From Bdellovibrionales bacterium (GTDB lineage Bacteria; Bdellovibrionota; Bdellovibrionia; Bdellovibrionales; UBA1609): 64,000 nt of DNA. The stretch's first letter is position 1, and every line of letters begins with the position of its first letter. The DNA is taken from NCBI GenBank assembly GCA_965203095.1, contig OZ241877.1:320001-384000 (forward strand). Direction: 5' to 3'. Below are positions 58,440 to 64,000 of this stretch, in pieces. Under the pieces are notes generated by a model. It was not told the DNA's origin. It made no database searches and worked only from the letters and a program-made list of their open reading frames with translations. The translations under genes were made by a program, and so were the position numbers.

Positions 58440-58644
58440 AAATAAAAAGTCAGAATCAAAGCCTTTAGATAAGGCTAAAAAAAGTAAAGACCGAGATCAT
58501 GATGGTTATGGATGGTGGCTGTTTCGGAAAAAAGGAACAGTAGCTGAACCTTGGCCCACTGCGGAGGAACTTTGAAATGATCCCGAAGTTCAAAAAATTA
58601 TTAAAAGTCACAATGATTTAGTCAGAAAAAGAAACGGATCCTAA
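58432..58644 (+). pseudogene. WPT-family small protein with in-frame TGA
   Basis: KGTVAEPWPTAEEL*NDPEVQK; TGA at 58573 where the paralog has TGG. Confidence 0.75.
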
Positions 58645-58661
58645 TTAAAAGGAGGTGCAAA

Positions 58662-58859
58662 ATGTTTTTCAAAAGAGAAAAAAAAGAAAACAAATCTAAA
58701 GAAAAAAACAAAGAACCAACATATTGGGAAAGAGTTATTCATGGAAAAGGAACAGTGGCTGAGCCTTGGCCCACAGCAGAGGAGCTTTGGAATGATCCCG
58801 AAGTCCAAAAATCTATTCAAGCTCATAATCAGTTAGTCAGAAAAAAATTTAAGAAATAA
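58662..58859 (+). CDS. WPT-family small hypothetical protein (65 aa)
   Basis: AAGGAGG RBS; HGKGTVAEPWPTAEELWNDPEVQK. Confidence 0.75.
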   Translation: MFFKREKKENKSKEKNKEPTYWERVIHGKGTVAEPWPTAEELWNDPEVQKSIQAHNQLVRKKFKK

Positions 58860-58898
58860 GAAAGCTTAGCCGATAATTGTTATATAAAGAGGTGCTTT

Positions 58899-59711
58899 AT
58901 GGGTTTCGTTGATGTCCTTGAAATGAATAATTCGAATTTTATATTGGATATTAGATATAAGAATATCAGAAAAACAAAGTTTAGAAACAAGCCCGGAGTT
59001 TATGTTTTTCTTGATAAAAAAGGAAAACCTTATTATGTAGGTCATACTGGCAACTTGTATTCTCGTTTGAAAAGTCAAGTAAAAAATAAGCCTCCCAAAG
59101 AGGAGAATCCTTTTGCCATCTACTTTACACAAACGAAAGACAAAGCCAAAGCCTTAGAGGCTATTTTTCTGTCTTTGTTATGGGGCTGGGCAAAGCCAAG
59201 TAAAAATGCAGTAAAACCAAAAATTAAGCCAAAAGCTCAGAGGATGAAACAGTCGATTGAAAGGGCTATGGAGAAAAAAAGGAAAGAAATGAAGAAAAAA
59301 GATGACGAAATATTTAAAAGCTCTAAAACTAAGTCTGTCAGTCGCAGATCTGCTAAAAACAAAACAAGGCGATCAAAACCGCAAGACAAAGTTTTTAGAA
59401 AAACTGCTCCACGAAGTAGTGCTCAAAAAAGGCTCAGCTTAAAAGAGCTTTTTAATAAGGGTTTTTTAAAAGGACCTCAAGCATTAAAAAAGGAATGGAG
59501 ATCGGGAAAAATTTCTCAAGCCGTCCTTCTTCCTTCAGGAGAAATTGAATATCAAGGCAAAAAATACCCCGATCCCTCACCTCCAGCGAAAACCGCCTCA
59601 GGATGGCAGAAAGCAAATGGATGGAATTTTTGGAGAATCCAAGACAGATCTAAAAAATGGATCCGGCTCAAAGAGTTTGCTAAAAATTCACAAAAACTCA
59701 ATACTTTTTAG
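58899..59711 (+). CDS. GIY-YIG nuclease fused to RAMA-like domain (paralog 2)
   Basis: GVYVF...YYVG..R...E; C-terminus very similar to 54250 (QKRLSLKELFNKGFL...NGWNFW). Confidence 0.8.
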   Translation: MGFVDVLEMNNSNFILDIRYKNIRKTKFRNKPGVYVFLDKKGKPYYVGHTGNLYSRLKSQVKNKPPKEENPFAIYFTQTKDKAKALEAIFLSLLWGWAKPSKNAVKPKIKPKAQRMKQSIERAMEKKRKEMKKKDDEIFKSSKTKSVSRRSAKNKTRRSKPQDKVFRKTAPRSSAQKRLSLKELFNKGFLKGPQALKKEWRSGKISQAVLLPSGEIEYQGKKYPDPSPPAKTASGWQKANGWNFWRIQDRSKKWIRLKEFAKNSQKLNTF

Positions 59712-59762
59712 ACAAAGCAGGATAAGCTAAGGGGGCTAAAAAAGCCCTCCCTCGGGGCAAAT

Positions 59763-59848
59763 TGCTCCCATGCAAACGGGAATCCAGCAATCTTATTTAA
59801 GTTTACACAGGTTCCGTATCTCTGGATTCCCGCTCAAGGCAGGAACAA
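59763..59848. repeat. Paired REP-like palindromes
   Basis: TGCTCCCATGCAAACGGGAATCCAG ... CTGGATTCCCGCTCAAGGCAGGAAC. Confidence 0.75.
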
Positions 59849-59885
59849 CGGTCTATCCTAAAAAAAATTTAAGAAATGAAAAGGC

Positions 59886-62800
59886 TTGACCGATAAGCTG
59901 TTTGTGAATACGAAAAATTTAAGAGATCAGATTCAAAATTTTAAATTTACTGACCTGTTTGTGACTTTAGGCTGGAATAATCCTAAAAATCCCAATTCTG
60001 ACAGTATTTCATTTAATGATCAAAACCTGCCCTATTCTGTTGTTGCGGAAATAGGCAATGTTCCCGTTCTCAAATTCAATAAAAAGGCATTTGAGCTTAG
60101 CCATTCCTATAAAAAGAAGTTTCATGAAACATTAAAAAATATAGCATATAATCACCTTGTGTTGTTCTCTGATGATAAAACTTTTTTTGAAATATCTTAT
60201 TTCTCAAAAACAAAGCAAGTGAGACCTTATAGCTATTTTAAAGGGCAAAGTGGCGATTATTTTATCAGCAAATTGGCTGGCATTCATTTTGATATAGAAG
60301 ATGAGCCTGACATTACAAGCATAGGCGAAAAGCTGGAAAAGGCTTTCCATTCTGAGGAAGTCACAAAAAAGTTTTATAAAGATTTTAAAGATAATCATTT
60401 CAAATTTTCAAAAGATATTTCAGGGATTAAAAATGAGGAGGAAAAAAAGTGGTATGCCTCCCTTATCCTTAATCGCTTGATGTTTATTTATTTTCTCCAA
60501 AAAAAGCAATTTGTGAATAATGATTTTAATTATCTTGAAAATCAACTTAAAGAAAGTAAAAAGAGAGGGAAAGATAAATTCTATTCAGAGTTTTTAACTC
60601 TGCTCTTTTTTGAAGGTTTTGCTAAAAAACCTAAAGAAAGAAGTCCAAAAGCAAAAAAACTTCTTGGTGAAATCAAATACCTTAATGGAGGCTTGTTTGT
60701 CCCCCATTCTATTGAGGAAAAATATGAAATCAAGAACGAAAGCAGAGTATATAAAACCACAATCAAAATTCAAGACAAAGCCTTTGAGGAAACTTTTGAT
60801 ATTTTCAGCAAATATGATTGGTATCTTGAGGGAAAAAGAGGGAAATCCGACAAAGAAATCAATCCCGATGTAATGGGTTATATTTTTGAAAAATATATCA
60901 ATGAATTGCAACAAAAAAGTTTGGGAGCTTTTTATACAAGGGATGAAATCACACAATATCTTAGCCGAAATAGCATTCAAAAATCCGTTTTAGAAAAAAT
61001 AAACAAAAAAGGATATAATTTTGAAAGTCTATCAGAGTTATTGCATAAACTGAATGCTCCTTTATGCAAACAACTTTTGACTGATAAAGACAGTATCCTG
61101 AACACTTTAACAATTTTGGATCCAGCGGTCGGCTCAGGTGCTTTCCTCACTTCCGCTATGAAGGAGTTGATTAACATTTATAGCCCCATTATCGGCAAAA
61201 TAGAAACTCTTGGAGATAGAGAGCTTAAAAAATGGTTGGAGGATTTTAAAGCCAAGCATAAAAGTCTTCCCTACGGGATAAAAAAGAATATTATCTTAAA
61301 GAATCTTTATGGGGTGGATATTATGAAAGAGGCTGTGGAGGTTTGCAAACTGAGGTTATTTTTGTCCCTGGTAAGTTCTGCATTAAATACGGAAGAGCTG
61401 GAGCCTTTGCCCAACATGGATTTTAACATTATGTGTGGCAACTCCCTTATCGGTTTTTTAAAAGAAGATGAGCCTAAAACCAGTCCTTCCGGTGAAAACG
61501 AAAGCGAGAAGCCAACACAAATGAAATGGTCCCAAGTTTTAGGTGAATCTTACCAGCAAATCAAAAACAAATACAATCAGTTGGTGAGCCAATACAAAAA
61601 CCAGCCCTTATCTTTTGAAAAATTGAAACAACTTAAAAACAAAACCAACCATTTCTTGGAAGAAAACAGCCGAAAGCTAAGTCGTGCCTTGGCAGACAAA
61701 TGCAACCGGACAGGTGTTAAATATCCTGAAGTGATAGACATTCAAGGGAAAAAGAAAAGCACAAAAAAACGAGCTGTCCAGCCAGAAGATTTTTATTCAG
61801 AAGATACAGAAAGAAACCTCAATCCCTTTCATTGGGATTTTGCCTTTAATGAGATTATGGTAAGAGGAGGTTTTGATATAATTATCACCAATCCACCTTG
61901 GGAAAAAGTTAAAATTGAGGACAGGGAGTTCTTTCATAAACACAATAGAACTATTGAAAAAAAGAAAACTAAAAAAGGAGTAGTAAAGAGAAAAAAAGAA
62001 AAAATGTTAAAAGATACCATAATTACAAAAGATTATTTTAAAACAAAAGAATTTTATCTTTTCCAGAGGGAGTATTTTTCAAAATTGTATCAATATCAAG
62101 TGGGAAAAATAACAAAAAGCGATGGAGTAGAAAAACAAGCTTCTGCCGATATGGACACTTACAGGATTTTCACTGAGAGATCTTTTAAGTTGCTCAGCAA
62201 GAACGGTTCTTTAGGAATCGTTCTCCCCAGTGGTTTATGCAAAGATGACGGAGCTATTGGTTTGAGAAAAAACTTACTTTTTAGAAAAACCCGAATAGAA
62301 GGCTTGATTCACTTTCAAAACCAAATGGAAAAAGGCCAAGGAAAAATTTTTGAAGGAGTGGATTCACGATTTACATTCCTACTTTTGAATTTGCAAAAAT
62401 CCGAACCAAAGGATGAATTTCCCTGTCAATTCCAAGAGAGGGGTTTGAATGCCCTAAATGAAAATGGCTTTCCAGAAGTAGTAAAAATGAAGCAATCCAT
62501 AAAAGAAATTAAAGAACTGTCCCCTCGCGATTGCTCCATAATTGAATTTAAAAATCTCAAGGATATGAAGATCCTTAAAAAAGTTAGGCAACATCCAAGC
62601 CTTGGCACAAAATTAAAAAATTTATGGAATCCTATTTTTTATACAGAATTTCATGAAACAAATGATTCTCATTTGTTTAAAGATAAAAAACGGTCTGATA
62701 AGGATTTGCCTCTCTATAAGGGAAGTGCCATTTATCAATATGAGTTTAACCATGATTTATCTCATGTTAACCGTTATGTGAATCAAAAATCCCAAAAAAT

Positions 62801-63416
62801 ACAAGAAGGCAAAGGCTTTCCTTTCAAAAACAAGTGTTATCAGAATTATCGATTGGTGCTGAGAACTATAGCAAGCAATACCAATGAGAGAAGTTTGATC
62901 TCTGCTATTATCCCAAAAAAACATTTTATTTCAAATAATTTTATTGGAGTCTTCATCGAATCCGAAAAGAAAAGCCAAAACAATAAATACATGTTCCTCC
63001 TTCAAGCTTTTTTAAACAGCTTTATTGTGGATTATTTTATCAGGCAAAAAATATCTGCTGTTATCAATCAAAAATACCTTACCCCTTTACATATCCCAAG
63101 GCTCACAGAAAAGGACCCTTATTTTAAAGAGCTTGTCTATCGATCCGCAAAGCTGACTTGTATCGGCAAAAAGTTTGACGATCTGGCCGATGAAGTGGGT
63201 ATCCCAAGGGGTGGCATCAAAGCTCAACAAGAGCGGTGGAAGATTCAAGGCGAAATTGATGCTATTGTGGCTTATGTTTATGGCCTAAATTTAGAGGAAT
63301 TTGAATATATCCTCTCCACTTTTACCACAGGCAAAAATCAGGTCCGGTTGAAGGCTCTCAAAAACTATGCCCGCCAAGCCTTCAAAAAAAACAAATTCCT
63401 GGGCAAAGCCTCTTAA
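59886..63416 (+). CDS. Large Eco57I-like (type IIG/PglX/DrmMI-like) N6-adenine methyltransferase with target-recognition domain
   Basis: LNRLMFIYFLQKK, YLNGGLF, GAFYT, DPAVGSGAF, GNSL, FDIIITNPPW. Confidence 0.85.
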   Translation: MTDKLFVNTKNLRDQIQNFKFTDLFVTLGWNNPKNPNSDSISFNDQNLPYSVVAEIGNVPVLKFNKKAFELSHSYKKKFHETLKNIAYNHLVLFSDDKTFFEISYFSKTKQVRPYSYFKGQSGDYFISKLAGIHFDIEDEPDITSIGEKLEKAFHSEEVTKKFYKDFKDNHFKFSKDISGIKNEEEKKWYASLILNRLMFIYFLQKKQFVNNDFNYLENQLKESKKRGKDKFYSEFLTLLFFEGFAKKPKERSPKAKKLLGEIKYLNGGLFVPHSIEEKYEIKNESRVYKTTIKIQDKAFEETFDIFSKYDWYLEGKRGKSDKEINPDVMGYIFEKYINELQQKSLGAFYTRDEITQYLSRNSIQKSVLEKINKKGYNFESLSELLHKLNAPLCKQLLTDKDSILNTLTILDPAVGSGAFLTSAMKELINIYSPIIGKIETLGDRELKKWLEDFKAKHKSLPYGIKKNIILKNLYGVDIMKEAVEVCKLRLFLSLVSSALNTEELEPLPNMDFNIMCGNSLIGFLKEDEPKTSPSGENESEKPTQMKWSQVLGESYQQIKNKYNQLVSQYKNQPLSFEKLKQLKNKTNHFLEENSRKLSRALADKCNRTGVKYPEVIDIQGKKKSTKKRAVQPEDFYSEDTERNLNPFHWDFAFNEIMVRGGFDIIITNPPWEKVKIEDREFFHKHNRTIEKKKTKKGVVKRKKEKMLKDTIITKDYFKTKEFYLFQREYFSKLYQYQVGKITKSDGVEKQASADMDTYRIFTERSFKLLSKNGSLGIVLPSGLCKDDGAIGLRKNLLFRKTRIEGLIHFQNQMEKGQGKIFEGVDSRFTFLLLNLQKSEPKDEFPCQFQERGLNALNENGFPEVVKMKQSIKEIKELSPRDCSIIEFKNLKDMKILKKVRQHPSLGTKLKNLWNPIFYTEFHETNDSHLFKDKKRSDKDLPLYKGSAIYQYEFNHDLSHVNRYVNQKSQKIQEGKGFPFKNKCYQNYRLVLRTIASNTNERSLISAIIPKKHFISNNFIGVFIESEKKSQNNKYMFLLQAFLNSFIVDYFIRQKISAVINQKYLTPLHIPRLTEKDPYFKELVYRSAKLTCIGKKFDDLADEVGIPRGGIKAQQERWKIQGEIDAIVAYVYGLNLEEFEYILSTFTTGKNQVRLKALKNYARQAFKKNKFLGKAS

Positions 63417-63466
63417 GGAAAACCGCCACACAGAGGCTGTTTGAGTAGCCGGTGATCCTAAAAAAC

Positions 63467-63487
63467 AGCCAGAAAGGCTTTTTTTTG
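63467..63487 (+). terminator. Putative Rho-independent terminator after the MTase
   Basis: AGCC-AGAAA-GGCT followed by a T run; the stem is short. Confidence 0.35.
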
Positions 63488-63630
63488 CCTTCAAAGCTTG
63501 ATTTTGCTTGCCTCCTATTAGATAAATAGATAAACTAAAATCAGTCCAAAACAGAGTTCATTTGGCTGGGTGAATAGCCCGTTTCAAGCCTTTTGGCCTG
63601 ATTTTATTAAAAAACAAATAAGGAGGCTCT

Positions 63631-63870
63631 ATGAAAAAACGCACAGCACCAAAAAGTAGAGCAAAAAGACACGCTGAGTTAAAAAAACAGATTGTTCAGC
63701 GACATCCGGGAATTAAAGAAGTGATGGAGGTTTATAATCAATGGAAACAGGCCAATAAAGCAGTGCAAGCTCACCAAGCCATAAAAAACGCTGGTTATGT
63801 ATCCTACACTTCAAACTCATCAAACCCGAAACCACTTAACAAAACCGAAAAGGAGAAATGTTATGTCTGA
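63631..63870 (+). CDS. Small basic hypothetical protein (79 aa)
   Basis: AAGGAGG RBS after leader copy 3. Confidence 0.65.
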   Translation: MKKRTAPKSRAKRHAELKKQIVQRHPGIKEVMEVYNQWKQANKAVQAHQAIKNAGYVSYTSNSSNPKPLNKTEKEKCYV

Positions 63871-64000
63871 TCATAAAAATAGAGAAGAATCAATGAAAGG
63901 CAATCACACAAAAAAGGAAAGCCAAAAACCCAGTTTTTGGGATTGGTTAGTTCATGGAAAAGGATCTGTTTCAGAACCTTGGCCAACAGCTAAAGAAGTT
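63863..64000 (+). CDS. WPT-family small protein (partial, runs off window)
   Basis: AAGGAG RBS; MSDHKNRE...FWDWLVHGKGSVSEPWPTAKEV. Confidence 0.75.
   Translation, partial: MSDHKNREESMKGNHTKKESQKPSFWDWLVHGKGSVSEPWPTAKEV

Noticed and set aside
58573..58575. TGA-as-Trp recoding
   Set aside because: TGA terminates other genes here (e.g. 4268, 24268, 49720, 51678) and conserved genes show no internal TGA; a nonsense mutation is simpler.
55130..63666. Integron attC array
   Set aside because: No RYYYAAC...GTTRRRY boxes or intI; the repeats precede genes and contain promoter motifs.

Overview
AT-rich bacterial chromosome segment, genetic code 11. It is probably from a Bdellovibrionota-like organism; this is an inference from the Flp-type prepilin, fused nuoCD and short GDNSVAFAA tmRNA tag. 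Housekeeping blocks (mscS, slt, doxX, tmRNA; tRNA-Glu/Lys, nuoCD/nuoB, recG, mrp, peptide ABC binding protein, dacB; purA, pyrG, Omp85, folD, pmbA, tldD) alternate with three defence-rich, partly decaying accessory regions. Island 1 (~4.27-15.3 kb) starts at the tmRNA 3' end. It holds a 2-kb ecsC+rpn unit bounded by a 15-bp duplication of the tmRNA end, then a translationally coupled three-gene operon (pentapeptide/ion-channel protein, nucleotidyltransferase, small unknown protein). The operon resembles Hailong but lacks the C-terminal priming Tyr and has an extra gene; it is the top finding. A type III RM system, an SPFH gene and Fic/rpn remnants follow. Island 2 (~28.1-42.6 kb) has a type III RM system with an ABC-ATPase + PIN pair between mod and res, an IS1595-like remnant with MT-A70 cargo, a HEAT-MTase + CfrBI-like RM pair, another MTase and IS3 debris. 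Island 3 (~51.6-64 kb) has a wHTH + pPIWI_RE_Y-like pair, two GIY-YIG-RAMA paralogs, a decayed BglII/BstYI-like RM pair and a large Eco57I-like MTase. It also carries three copies of a promoter/hairpin leader, two of which precede an unrecognised small-protein family (WPTAEELWNDPEVQ). Several families of short palindromic dispersed repeats are present. No CRISPR array, rRNA or integrase was seen. All family calls come from motif recognition by eye, not database searches.
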